This document shows, piece by piece, positions 21,965 to 30,611 of a stretch of DNA of 40,634 nt; position 1 is the first letter of the stretch; every line of letters starts with the position of its first letter. The position numbers and the translations under genes are program-made. The notes under the pieces are model-generated. The model ran no database searches. It was not told the DNA's origin and worked only from the letters and a program-made list of their open reading frames with translations. Source of the stretch: an uncultured Anaerolineae bacterium (GTDB taxonomy: Bacteria > Chloroflexota > Anaerolineae > VGOG01); assembly GCA_964592085.1 (NCBI GenBank), contig CAZQDO010000002.1:1-40634 (forward strand). The letters run 5' to 3'.

Positions 21965-24505
21965 ATGACAAAACAGGTCACTTTGCCAGTCCAGGGCATG
22001 ACCTGCGCCTCGTGCGTGGTGCACGTGGAGGGGGCTCTGAAAGGCGTTGAGGGGGTGAGCGCAGCTAACGTCAACCTGGCCACCGAAACGGCCAGCGTGG
22101 AGTTCACTCCTGAGGGGGCGGAGGTGAGCCAGTTGATTTCGGCCGTGCGTGACGTTGGCTACGATGTGGCTACTGAAAAGGTGTCCCTGCCCATCGGCGG
22201 GATGACCTGCGCCAGTTGCGTGGCTCACGTCGAAGGGGCATTGGCCGACATTCCTGGCGTGGTGAGCGCCAACGTCAACCTGGCCACCGAAAAGGCTGCA
22301 GTAGAATACATCCCCACCATGACCGGGCTGCCCGATTTCCGCCGTGCCGTGGCCGAGGTGGGCTACGAGGTATTGCCTACTGCGGAGGAGAAAGCAGAAG
22401 AGGAACTCTCCCGCGAGGTACGCAAGATGCAGGACGCACGACGCAGGATGCTGCTGGCCTGGGCCTTCACCATCCCCATCATCCTGTGGATGCTGCCGGA
22501 GATGCTGGCCGGCCTGGCCTGGCCCAACGAGACGATTTTCAAGCTGGGGATGCTGCTGCTGGCCACGCCGGTGCTCTTCTGGGTCGGGCAGCACACCTAC
22601 GTGGCGGCCTGGCGCTCGACGACGCACGGCGCGCCCAACATGGACGCCCTGATCGCTATGGGCACTGGGGCCTCTTTTCTCACTGGCATCGCCACGTTCT
22701 TCGCCCCCATCCCCACCTACGCCGGGGTGTCAGCCATGATCATGGCCTTCCACCTGACCGGCCGCTACGTGGAGGCCAGCGCCAAGGGGCGAGCATCGCA
22801 GGCCATCCGCAAGCTGCTGGAGCTGGGGGCCAAGACCGCCCGCATCCTCGTAGATGGCGACGAGAGAGAGGTTCACATTGACGAAGTGCAGCCGGGCGAC
22901 GTGATGCTCGTCCGGCCCGGTGAGCAGATTCCCACCGACGGGATCGTGGTGCGTGGCGAGAGCGCGGTGGACGAGTCCATGGCCACCGGCGAATCCATGC
23001 CCGTCAACAAGCGCGCGGGCGACGAGGTGATCGGGGCTACGGTCAACCAGGACGGGCTGCTCAAAGTACGGGCCACCCGGGTGGGCAAGGACACCTTCCT
23101 GGCTCAGGTGGTGCGCCTGGTCGAGCAGGCTCAAGGCACCAAAGTGCCCATCCAGGCCTTCGCCGACCGGGTGACGGCCGTCTTCGTGCCCATCGTCCTG
23201 GCCGTGGCCCTGCTCACTTTTCTGGCCTGGCTGCTGTTCCCCGATACGCTGAGGCCCATCGCTGTGTGGGCCAGCCGTTTCCTGCCCTGGGTGGACCCCA
23301 ACCTGAATACGTTCACCCTGGCCTTGATCACCGCCGTCTCCGTGCTGGTCATCGCCTGCCCCTGCGCCCTGGGGCTGGCTACGCCCACGGCGTTGATGGT
23401 CGGCAGCGGCATCGGAGCCGAGAATGGCATCCTCATCCGCTCCGGCGAAGCAATCCAGGCCATGCGCGACGTGCGGGTGGTGGTGTTCGACAAGACGGGG
23501 ACGCTCACCAAAGGGCAACCTGAGGTGACGGACCAAATATCCAATGCCCAATATCAAATGTCAAGCGTGAAACGTGAAACGTCAAACGTGAAACGTCAAT
23601 CTGTCGCTGAGGAATTGCTCTACTGGGCAGCGTCGGTGGAGGTGGGGAGCGAGCATCCGCTGGGTAGAGCGGTGGTGCGTAAGGCCGAGGAGCAAGGGAT
23701 TGCGCTGGGAGACCTGACCGAGTTCGAGACACTGCGTGGCAAGGGCGTGCGAGGCATCGTGGATGGGAAGAGGGTGTTGGTGGGCAGCCGGGCGCTGATG
23801 GAGGAAAACGGTGTAGAGGTGACGTCGATGGAAGACGAGATGCGTCGCCTGGAGGACGAAGGGAAGACGGCCATGTTGGTCACTGTGTACGAGGATGGAG
23901 TCCCGAACTTGTTCGGGGTCCTGGCCGTGGCCGACACCCTCAAAGACGACGCCGTGGCCGCCGTCCGCGAACTGAAGGCGCTGGGCTTGCGCACAGTGAT
24001 GATCACCGGCGACAACCAGCGCACGGCACAAGCTATTGCCCGTCAAGTAGGCATTGACCACGTACTGGCCGAGGTGCTGCCGGAGGACAAGCTGGTCGAG
24101 GTCAAACGATTGCAGGCGGAAACCGATGGATTGGTGGCTATGGTCGGCGACGGCATCAACGACGCGCCGGCCCTGACCCAGGCTGATGTGGGCATCGCCA
24201 TCGGCACCGGCACGGACATCGCCATTGAGGCCGCCGACGTCACCCTGGTGCGCGGCGATCTCTCCGGCGTGGTCAGTGCCGTCAAGCTCTCCCGGGCCAC
24301 CTTCAACAAAGTGATACAAGGGCTATTCTGGGCCTTCTTCTACAACGTGGTCATGATCCCCCTGGCCATCCTGGGGATGATGCACCCCGTGCTGGCCGAG
24401 ATCGCCATGGCCACCAGTTCGATCACCGTGGTCACCAACGCCAATTTGCTGCGACGAGTGAACATCCGTCCTGTAGGGCAAAATGCCATTTTGCCCACTA
24501 TGTGA
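21965..24505 (+). CDS. copA: Cu(I)-translocating P1B-1-type ATPase with two N-terminal HMA domains
   Basis: AAGGAGG precedes ATG 21965. There are two GMTCASC motifs, a TM CPC ([11 protein letters not shown]), DKTGTLT and GDGINDAP, plus YN in TM7 and MATSS in TM8. The 21848 ORF extension reads through module C and is rejected. Confidence 0.9.
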   Translation: MTKQVTLPVQGMTCASCVVHVEGALKGVEGVSAANVNLATETASVEFTPEGAEVSQLISAVRDVGYDVATEKVSLPIGGMTCASCVAHVEGALADIPGVVSANVNLATEKAAVEYIPTMTGLPDFRRAVAEVGYEVLPTAEEKAEEELSREVRKMQDARRRMLLAWAFTIPIILWMLPEMLAGLAWPNETIFKLGMLLLATPVLFWVGQHTYVAAWRSTTHGAPNMDALIAMGTGASFLTGIATFFAPIPTYAGVSAMIMAFHLTGRYVEASAKGRASQAIRKLLELGAKTARILVDGDEREVHIDEVQPGDVMLVRPGEQIPTDGIVVRGESAVDESMATGESMPVNKRAGDEVIGATVNQDGLLKVRATRVGKDTFLAQVVRLVEQAQGTKVPIQAFADRVTAVFVPIVLAVALLTFLAWLLFPDTLRPIAVWASRFLPWVDPNLNTFTLALITAVSVLVIACPCALGLATPTALMVGSGIGAENGILIRSGEAIQAMRDVRVVVFDKTGTLTKGQPEVTDQISNAQYQMSSVKRETSNVKRQSVAEELLYWAASVEVGSEHPLGRAVVRKAEEQGIALGDLTEFETLRGKGVRGIVDGKRVLVGSRALMEENGVEVTSMEDEMRRLEDEGKTAMLVTVYEDGVPNLFGVLAVADTLKDDAVAAVRELKALGLRTVMITGDNQRTAQAIARQVGIDHVLAEVLPEDKLVEVKRLQAETDGLVAMVGDGINDAPALTQADVGIAIGTGTDIAIEAADVTLVRGDLSGVVSAVKLSRATFNKVIQGLFWAFFYNVVMIPLAILGMMHPVLAEIAMATSSITVVTNANLLRRVNIRPVGQNAILPTM
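23560..23601 (+). repeat. six tandem heptanucleotide units inside copA (GTCAAGC GTGAAAC GTGAAAC GTCAAAC GTGAAAC GTCAATC)
   Basis: Read directly from the sequence. It is an AT-rich patch in a GC-rich gene and encodes [14 protein letters not shown] just after [15 protein letters not shown], where P1B ATPases normally run quickly into the SEHPL motif. Confidence 0.85.
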
Positions 24506-24516
24506 AAAGGATACCC

Positions 24517-26661
24517 ATGCCAACCAAGACATTCACCGTAGAGGGGTTAACCTGTGTAGATTGTGCGGAAAGAGTCCAGGCGGCCGTAAGCCAGGTGGAA
24601 GGCGTAAACGATTGCCAGGTTGATCACGCGGCTGGCACACTGACAGTTTCATCAGCGACGCCAGGTCTAGCCACGAACCAGATTGCCAAAGCGGTGAGCT
24701 CAGCAGGCTACAGGTTGGTCACTGACCGCCGCCGGGAAGGGAATCCTATTTTGGGCTTCGTGCGCTTCATCTTGTCGAAGCGGGAGACAGCGATGACGGC
24801 TGTGGCCGGGCTGATGACGTTGCTGGGACTGACCTTTGCGGTGGCTGGCGCGCCGCCCTGGAGCCGGACGATCCTTTTCGCAGCGGCCATTCTCGTAGGT
24901 GGGATCCCAGTAGCGCACCACGCCTGGCAAGAAATGTGGCTGGCTCGAAGTCTGGGCATCAACGCGCTGATGGTGATCGCCGTCGTTGGCGCGGCCTTCA
25001 TTGGGGAATGGGCAGAGGCGGCCATTGTGGTGGTGCTTTTCTCGTTGGGCGAGGCGCTGGAGGGATACGCCGCGGAGCAGGCGCGCGGTGCTCTGGATGG
25101 TCTGCTCGACCTGGCCCCGCCGGTGGCTCTGAAGCTCCTGCCCGCTGGTGACACTCAAGAGGTCGCAGTGGAGCAACTGGCCATAGGGGACCGGGTGCTT
25201 ATCCGGCCGGGCGACCGGGTTAGCGTCGATGGCCTGGTGCTGGCCGGACGGAGCACAGTGGATCAATCGCCGATCACCGGTGAAAGCGTGCCGGTGGAAA
25301 AAGCGCCGGGCGATGAAATCTTTGCCGGGTCCATCAACGGGGAGAGCGCCCTGGAGGTGGAGGTGACCCGCCTGGCGGCCGACAACACCCTCAGCCGCAT
25401 GGTGGCGCTGGTGCGAGAGGCGCAGTCACGGCAAGCACCGGTGCAGCGCTTCATTGACCGCTTTGCGCGGGTCTACACGCCAGCGGTGGCAGGAGTGGCC
25501 GCACTGGTGGCCATCGTCCCGCCGCTGGTTTTCGGGCAACCCTTCTGGGGAAGCTACGGCTGGCTGATGCGGGCGCTACAGATGCTGGTGATTGCCTGCC
25601 CTTGCGCTCTGGTGATCAGCACGCCGGTCAGCCTGGTGAGCGCCATGACCAATGCCGCGTCGCGCGGGGTGCTGATCAAAGGCGGGCGCTACCTGGAGGC
25701 ATTGAGCCGAGTCAGAGTCTTTGCCCTCGACAAGACCGGCACTCTGACCGAGGGTCGCCCTGTCGTAACGGAGATTGTGGAGATTTGTACCTGCGGGGAG
25801 TGCCCAGAGGATTGTGGTCTGCAACATGCGGCCTCGCTGGAGGCGCAGTCATCTCACCCACTGGCTCGGGCGCTGCTGGCAGAGGCTGCTGCGAGGGGAG
25901 TGACCGTGCCCGGCGCCCAGAGCGTCACCGTGCTGAGCGGGCGGGGGATGGAGGGCATTGTGAACGACAAACAGGTCACGGTCGCCAGCCATGCCCATTT
26001 TGACGAGTATATCCCCCACCAGGCATCGGTGTGCCAATTGGCCGACGAGCTGGCTGCCCAGGGCAAGACGGTGATTCTGGTACGGCACGACGACGAGGTG
26101 TGCGCCCTGTTTGGCGTGGCCGATGTGCCTCGCACCAACGCGCGCCAGGCGGTGGCCGATCTGAAAGCCCGCGATGGCGTCCGCATCGTGATGCTGACCG
26201 GTGACAATCCAATTGTGGCGACAGAGATCGGCCGTCAGGTCGGGGTGGACGAAGTGCGCGCCGGGCTTCTGCCGGAGGAAAAGGTGTCGGCTGTCGCTGC
26301 GCTGGCAGAGGAATATCAGACGGTGGCCATGGTCGGCGACGGCGTGAACGATGCCCCGGCGCTGGCCCAGGCGGACGTGGGTATCGCCATGGGGGGTGCG
26401 GGCTCGGCCCAGGCGATGGAGACAGCCGACGTGGTGCTGATGGGCGACGACCTGGCCCAACTGCCCTTTATCGTGGGGCTCAGCCGCAGGACGAGAGGGA
26501 TTGTGACAGCCAACATCACCTTTGCCCTGGCAGTCAAGGCGGTCATCTTCGCTCTGGCGACGGCGGGCCTGGCCACGTTGTGGATGGCGGTGGCAGCCGA
26601 CGTCGGGGCATCGCTGGCGGTGATCCTGAACGGCATGCGATTGCGTCGGATGAAGGCTTGA
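24517..26661 (+). CDS. Zn/Cd/Pb-type (P1B-2, ZntA/CadA-like) heavy-metal ATPase
   Basis: The ORF opens at GTG 24502, overlapping the copA stop. ATG 24517 has AAAGGA upstream. The single HMA has GLTCVDC. Other motifs are TM CPC (ACPCALVISTP), DKTGTLT, GDGVNDAP, Lys in NITFALAVKAV, and Asp in AADVGASLAVILNGMRL, typical of the Zn/Cd subtype. Confidence 0.85.
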   Translation: MPTKTFTVEGLTCVDCAERVQAAVSQVEGVNDCQVDHAAGTLTVSSATPGLATNQIAKAVSSAGYRLVTDRRREGNPILGFVRFILSKRETAMTAVAGLMTLLGLTFAVAGAPPWSRTILFAAAILVGGIPVAHHAWQEMWLARSLGINALMVIAVVGAAFIGEWAEAAIVVVLFSLGEALEGYAAEQARGALDGLLDLAPPVALKLLPAGDTQEVAVEQLAIGDRVLIRPGDRVSVDGLVLAGRSTVDQSPITGESVPVEKAPGDEIFAGSINGESALEVEVTRLAADNTLSRMVALVREAQSRQAPVQRFIDRFARVYTPAVAGVAALVAIVPPLVFGQPFWGSYGWLMRALQMLVIACPCALVISTPVSLVSAMTNAASRGVLIKGGRYLEALSRVRVFALDKTGTLTEGRPVVTEIVEICTCGECPEDCGLQHAASLEAQSSHPLARALLAEAAARGVTVPGAQSVTVLSGRGMEGIVNDKQVTVASHAHFDEYIPHQASVCQLADELAAQGKTVILVRHDDEVCALFGVADVPRTNARQAVADLKARDGVRIVMLTGDNPIVATEIGRQVGVDEVRAGLLPEEKVSAVAALAEEYQTVAMVGDGVNDAPALAQADVGIAMGGAGSAQAMETADVVLMGDDLAQLPFIVGLSRRTRGIVTANITFALAVKAVIFALATAGLATLWMAVAADVGASLAVILNGMRLRRMKA

Positions 26662-26694
26662 GTTATATTTGAAATGAAGAAGGAGGTGAGCAAA

Positions 26695-26844
26695 ATGGCA
26701 ATAGACCCAGTCTGCAAGATGGAAGTGGATCCCAAGAAAGCCCCAGGCAAGAGCGAGTACAAGGGCAAGACCTACTATTTCTGTGCCCCAGGCTGCAAGG
26801 TGGCCTTTGACAAGGATCCGGAGAAGTACCTCAAGGGAGAGTAG
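26695..26844 (+). CDS. YHS/TRASH-domain metal-binding mini-protein (49 aa; below the ORF-track cutoff)
   Basis: AGGAGGTGAG precedes ATG 26695. It translates to MAIDPVCKMEVDPKKAPGKSEYKGKTYYFCAPGCKVAFDKDPEKYLKGE, the classic C-x-M...YYFC..GC..F YHS pattern. Confidence 0.8.
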   Translation: MAIDPVCKMEVDPKKAPGKSEYKGKTYYFCAPGCKVAFDKDPEKYLKGE

Positions 26845-26960
26845 CTGTTCACCCTCCCGCAGGTTTAGCCAGTAATATCAGGGAAAACGCTAACTCTGGG
26901 CAGATGTTCAGACACCTGCCCTTTCCCCACAAGCAACCTGCGGGAGGGTAGACTGAGTAG
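26845..26960 (+). mobile_element. MITE-like inverted-repeat element, copy 3
   Basis: CTGTTCACCCTCCCGCAGGTT ... AACCTGCGGGAGGGTAGACTGAGTAG. It starts immediately after the YHS stop codon. Confidence 0.7.
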
Positions 26961-27070
26961 ATCCAAGATTCTCAGAAGAGGCGGCTCCCATGCCTGTCCT
27001 GAGCGTAGCCGAAGGGCTGCCGGTTCGCGGGCGTGGGAGCCCGCTCTGCTCAGAACATGGATCTACTGAG
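26961..27070. mobile_element. second, unrelated palindromic element nested at the end of MITE copy 3
   Basis: ~29-bp imperfect arms: ATCCAAGATTCTCAGAAGAGGCGGCTCCCA and TGGGAGCCCGCTCTGCTCAGAACATGGAT. Direct repeats ACTGAGTA flank it (26952-26959 and 27072-27079), resembling a target-site duplication. Confidence 0.5.
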
Positions 27071-27311
27071 ACTGAGTAAGGACTTCAGCTTTATCAACAT
27101 ACACGCCCCCTACAACGAGATCGAGAAGTACGTCAATCATCTTCCTCAGGACAGGGATGCCAAGATTGTGCTGTACTGTCGCAGTGGGCCTCTGAGTGCT
27201 GCCGCTAGCAAAACGCTGGTTGAGATGGGGTACACGAAGGTGATAGATGTGGAGGGCGGGATGAAGGCATGGCAGGCAGCCGGATATGAGCTGCTATACC
27301 GGTCGAAGTGA
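27057..27311 (+). CDS. rhodanese-domain protein, probably 5'-truncated by the repeat insertions
   Basis: DFSFINIHAPYNEIE...DAKIVLYCRSGPLSAAASKTLVEMGYTKVIDVEGGMKAWQAAGY has the active-site loop CRSGPLS. The N-terminal codons (MDLLRLSK) are encoded by the palindromic element and its flanking repeat. No signal or leader region remains. Confidence 0.55.
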   Translation: MDLLRLSKDFSFINIHAPYNEIEKYVNHLPQDRDAKIVLYCRSGPLSAAASKTLVEMGYTKVIDVEGGMKAWQAAGYELLYRSK

Positions 27312-27322
27312 GGAGGTATCCG

Positions 27323-27718
27323 ATGAGTGAGAAGAGATATGGCATAACTACCTGGCTTGACTTGCCGTATGAGGAAGCCGTGGAGAAGACGAAGGCGGCC
27401 TTGCAAGAGGAGGGTTTCGGCGTCTTGACCGAGATTGATGTCAAGGCCACATTCAAGAAGAAGCTGGATGCGGACTTCCGAAAGTACGTTATCCTGGGGG
27501 CTTGCAATCCTCCGCTGGCCCACCGCGCGCTCCAGGCGGAGCTGGAAGTTGGATTGCTGCTGCCGTGCAACGTCATCGTCTACGAAGAGGATGGCGGGAC
27601 GGTCGTCTCGGCCATTGATCCCCTGGCGGCGATGAGCATCGCGGAGAGTCCGGCGCTGGAGGAAGTGGTCACGACGGTCAACGCCAAGCTGAACCGTGTA
27701 ATCGAAGCACTTGGGTGA
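27323..27718 (+). CDS. DUF302-family protein
   Basis: AGGAGG sits 6 nt before ATG 27323. AVEKTKAALQEEGFGVLTEIDVKATFKKKL...KYVILGACNPPLAHRAL...GLLLPCNVIVYE fits DUF302. Confidence 0.75.
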   Translation: MSEKRYGITTWLDLPYEEAVEKTKAALQEEGFGVLTEIDVKATFKKKLDADFRKYVILGACNPPLAHRALQAELEVGLLLPCNVIVYEEDGGTVVSAIDPLAAMSIAESPALEEVVTTVNAKLNRVIEALG

Positions 27719-27749
27719 TTTGCACCAGAGGTACTGATGTCAAGAAGTG

Positions 27750-29420
27750 TCAGTAGGGCAGGAAGGCCGTCACCTTTGCGCCCTTTCCGGGACTGGATTC
27801 GATGGAAAGGTGGCCGCCGAACATCAAAGCCCGCTCTCGCATGCCCATCAAACCAAAATGCCCGTCTCGTGCCAACTCCCAGGGTCGCTCCGGCGCCGTG
27901 AATCCCACGCCGTCGTCCTCAACGTAGATGGTCAACCCCTCATCGGCAAAGCGGACCTCCAGGCGCACGTGCGAGGCCTGGGCATGTCTGGCCACGTTGT
28001 TCAGTGCTTCCTGAGCGATGCGGAAGGCCGTCAGCTCCAGATCGAGAGGCAAGCGTTGTATGTCGCCAGTTGCTTCAAACGTGGCCCGCAAGTCACCCCG
28101 TTGATCCAGCTCCCTCACCAGCGTTTCCAGGGCCGGCAGGAATCCGAGGTCTTCCAAATAGGTGGGCCGCAGATCACGGGTGAAGCGGCGGATGTCCTGC
28201 AGGATACCGGTGGTCATCTCCTTCAACTCGGCCAGACGGGAGCTAGCCAAGGCGGGGTCCCCAGTCAGTGCCTTCTGAGCCATCTCAATCCGCTGTGCCA
28301 GACCAATGAGACCCTGGGTGGTGTCATCGTGCAACTCGCGGGCCAGACGGTGTCGTTCCTCCTCCTGCCCACGGGTGAGGAAGGCCAGGTAGTCTCTGAT
28401 GCTGGTTTGATATTCCTGCAACTGGTCAGCCATCTGATCGAGGGCGAGGCGTAGATCCTCGATCTCCCCTACTCCCCCCACCGGCGTCTCGGTGGCGCTG
28501 AAATCGCCCCAGGCCAGGCGGAGGGCTTGCTGGCCCAGGGCCTGCAGCGGGCGGATGATGTAGCGAAGGCCGAAAGCCGTGGCTAACAGGGACATCAAGG
28601 TAGCCGCTACAATGATGACGGGGGTGAGCTGCGAGTAACGCAGGATAGGGGCTAGGACATCTTCCCAGGGTTCCTGGACGATGACTTGCCAACCCGTTTG
28701 CGGTACAGCAGCGTAAGCGATGGCCACCTCCTGGTCGTCGCGGCCTGGGTGGAATATCGAGCCGGTGTCAAGCCCCAGTTGAGATGGGTCCGGATGATAG
28801 ATGATGCGCCCCTCGCCGTCCGTCAGATAGATCGCTCCTCGCTTGCCCACCTGCACCTGGGCCAAGATCCTCTCCAATCTCAGCTCGTCCACGCCTACCG
28901 CGCCGGCCAACACCCCGGTCGCCTGATCGTAGGTCACCGGCACACCTAGCAGAAACGACTCCTTGCCTCCGATTTCGGCAACGGGCGAGAAGGCCGGCTG
29001 CCCCGAAACTGCAACCTGCCTGGCCAATTCCTGAAGAAAGCGATCCCCCTGCCAGTCCATTACCCATTCATTGGCGGCCAGCACGTTGCCCTGGGCGTCG
29101 AGCAGGGCGATGCGGCCTTGGAACATCCTGTAGGCTGCGGTGTCTTCGGCCAAAACGTCTTGCAGGGCTGGTACCTCGAGGTGTCGAAAAGCCTCCTGAG
29201 CGGCGAGTTCCTGCAGAGCAATCAGGTGTCCGCTCAGTTCCTCGCTGACCAGGCCGGCATAGGCCAGGGCCAGGTTTCTGTCACGCTCCTCCACCAGGGT
29301 GCGCATGGACTGCTGGTGACTGTAGATGCCGGTGAAGGAGATACCGATCAGCAGCAGGGTCAAGGGCAGGATGGTCCATAGAATGATCTGAGCCTGCAAA
29401 CCGCGCAATTTGCTCCACAT
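27750..29420 (-). CDS. sensor histidine kinase, NarL/LiaS class (TM - Cache-like sensor - TM - HAMP - HisKA_3 - HATPase_c)
   Basis: The H-box is RLARELHDDTTQGL. There is an N-box region and a GxG-type ATP lid (DDGVGF; GHFGLMGMRERA). Two TM helices flank a ~250-aa extracytoplasmic domain. Confidence 0.85.
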   Translation of the reverse strand: MWSKLRGLQAQIILWTILPLTLLLIGISFTGIYSHQQSMRTLVEERDRNLALAYAGLVSEELSGHLIALQELAAQEAFRHLEVPALQDVLAEDTAAYRMFQGRIALLDAQGNVLAANEWVMDWQGDRFLQELARQVAVSGQPAFSPVAEIGGKESFLLGVPVTYDQATGVLAGAVGVDELRLERILAQVQVGKRGAIYLTDGEGRIIYHPDPSQLGLDTGSIFHPGRDDQEVAIAYAAVPQTGWQVIVQEPWEDVLAPILRYSQLTPVIIVAATLMSLLATAFGLRYIIRPLQALGQQALRLAWGDFSATETPVGGVGEIEDLRLALDQMADQLQEYQTSIRDYLAFLTRGQEEERHRLARELHDDTTQGLIGLAQRIEMAQKALTGDPALASSRLAELKEMTTGILQDIRRFTRDLRPTYLEDLGFLPALETLVRELDQRGDLRATFEATGDIQRLPLDLELTAFRIAQEALNNVARHAQASHVRLEVRFADEGLTIYVEDDGVGFTAPERPWELARDGHFGLMGMRERALMFGGHLSIESSPGKGAKVTAFLPY

Positions 29421-30095
29421 CTAGTCCCTCACTTCCTCCAGCACGATCCACCCTTGCTGTACGGCCAGGAGCACAGCCTCGGTGCGCGTGTCCACATCCA
29501 GCTTGCCGAAGATGTTGGCCAGGTGACCTTGCACCGTGCGGTGACTGATGCTCAGTTCTCGCCCAATGGCTTTGTTGGTCAGGCCCTTGGCTACCAGGCG
29601 CAGTACTTCCAGCTCTCGGTCCGTGAGCGTTTCTATCATTGCCTGGGCGCCGGCGGGACGCCCCGTAGTCAACTGGGTCACCACCTTCTGGGTCACCGCC
29701 GGGTCCAGAACCGATTCCCCTCGATGCACACCCCGAACAGCCTCCACTAACTCGCTGGACTCGGCTGTCTTGAGGACATACCCGTTAGCTCCGGCTTTCA
29801 GCAGGGCAAAGATGTAGGGATCATCATCGTAGGCCGTGAGCACCAGCACCTTGACCTCTGAATACCGGGCCTTGATGCGACGGGTAGCCTCAATGCCCGT
29901 AAGAATGGGCATTCGAATGTCCAACACTGCCACGTCTGGCCGCAGTTCAGCCACCTGCTTGATGGCTTCTTGCCCGTTGGTCGCTTCGCCCACGACCTGG
30001 ATGTCTCCCTCCTCTTCGAGGAACTGTCTGATGCCCTTGCGCACCACAGCGTGATCGTCCGCCAGAACCACCTTGATCTTTTCTCTCACCACCAT
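29421..30095 (-). CDS. response regulator, NarL/LuxR family (REC + HTH)
   Basis: ATG at 30095 follows GGGAGGG. VVLADDH, DVAVLDIRMP, LVLTAYDD and the C-terminal LTDRELEVLRLVAKGLTNKAIGRELSISHRTVQGH are present. The longer 274-aa ORF extension is unlikely. The stop abuts the kinase start. Confidence 0.85.
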   Translation of the reverse strand: MVVREKIKVVLADDHAVVRKGIRQFLEEEGDIQVVGEATNGQEAIKQVAELRPDVAVLDIRMPILTGIEATRRIKARYSEVKVLVLTAYDDDPYIFALLKAGANGYVLKTAESSELVEAVRGVHRGESVLDPAVTQKVVTQLTTGRPAGAQAMIETLTDRELEVLRLVAKGLTNKAIGRELSISHRTVQGHLANIFGKLDVDTRTEAVLLAVQQGWIVLEEVRD

Positions 30096-30319
30096 TTCAC
30101 CCTCCCGGGTTGAGTATACCACATTTGGGCCTCGGCCGCAAAAGGTACTTGTATGAATAGGGCAATTCTCTGACCGAGGCGCAGCGGGCTCTGTCAGAGA
30201 CCTTCGCCCATCGAGAGAGAATAGGCCATTTTGCCTATCGTCCAACAGGCCGAAAAGCTCTGGTGAGAATGGGAAAAAGATGGTATCATAGAAACAGAAC
30301 TTTGAAGGAGGTGAGAGTC

Positions 30320-30562
30320 ATGATGTTTGGTGGTGGAGTGTTGTTGATGTGGTTGCTGCCTCTGCTGGCGATCGGTTTGATCGTTGTCATCGCAGTGGCA
30401 GTGGCCGGCGGCGGGCTGGGGATATTCCGCCAGATCGGGGGGACAGTCAACGGGCCGGCAGGGCAGGGTTCAGCCTTCAGCACTAAGGTCTGTCCAACCT
30501 GCCAGCGGCCCCTGCAAGCTGACTGGCGGGTGTGCCCTTACGACGGCACTGAAGTTCGATAG
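30320..30562 (+). CDS. small membrane protein with a C-terminal zinc-ribbon-like CxxC...C motif
   Basis: GAAGGAGG precedes ATG 30320. One TM helix (VLLMWLLPLLAIGLIVVIAVAVAG), then CPTCQRPLQADWRVCPYDG. Confidence 0.5.
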   Translation: MMFGGGVLLMWLLPLLAIGLIVVIAVAVAGGGLGIFRQIGGTVNGPAGQGSAFSTKVCPTCQRPLQADWRVCPYDGTEVR

Positions 30563-30611
30563 AAAGAAACGCAAAAACCAAAAACAATCTTTGAAGGAGG
30601 AAATCTCGACA

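Noticed and set aside
23560-23601. CRISPR-like or regulatory repeat array
   Set aside because: The units are only 7 nt, contiguous and without spacers, and lie inside an intact coding frame. No CRISPR array or cas genes occur anywhere in the window.
26839-26960. GAGTAG at both borders of MITE copy 3 as a target-site duplication
   Set aside because: Copy 2 has CTGAGTAG only at its right end, so that sequence belongs to the element. The left-hand GAGTAG in copy 3 is the last sense codon and stop codon of the YHS gene and is probably coincidental.
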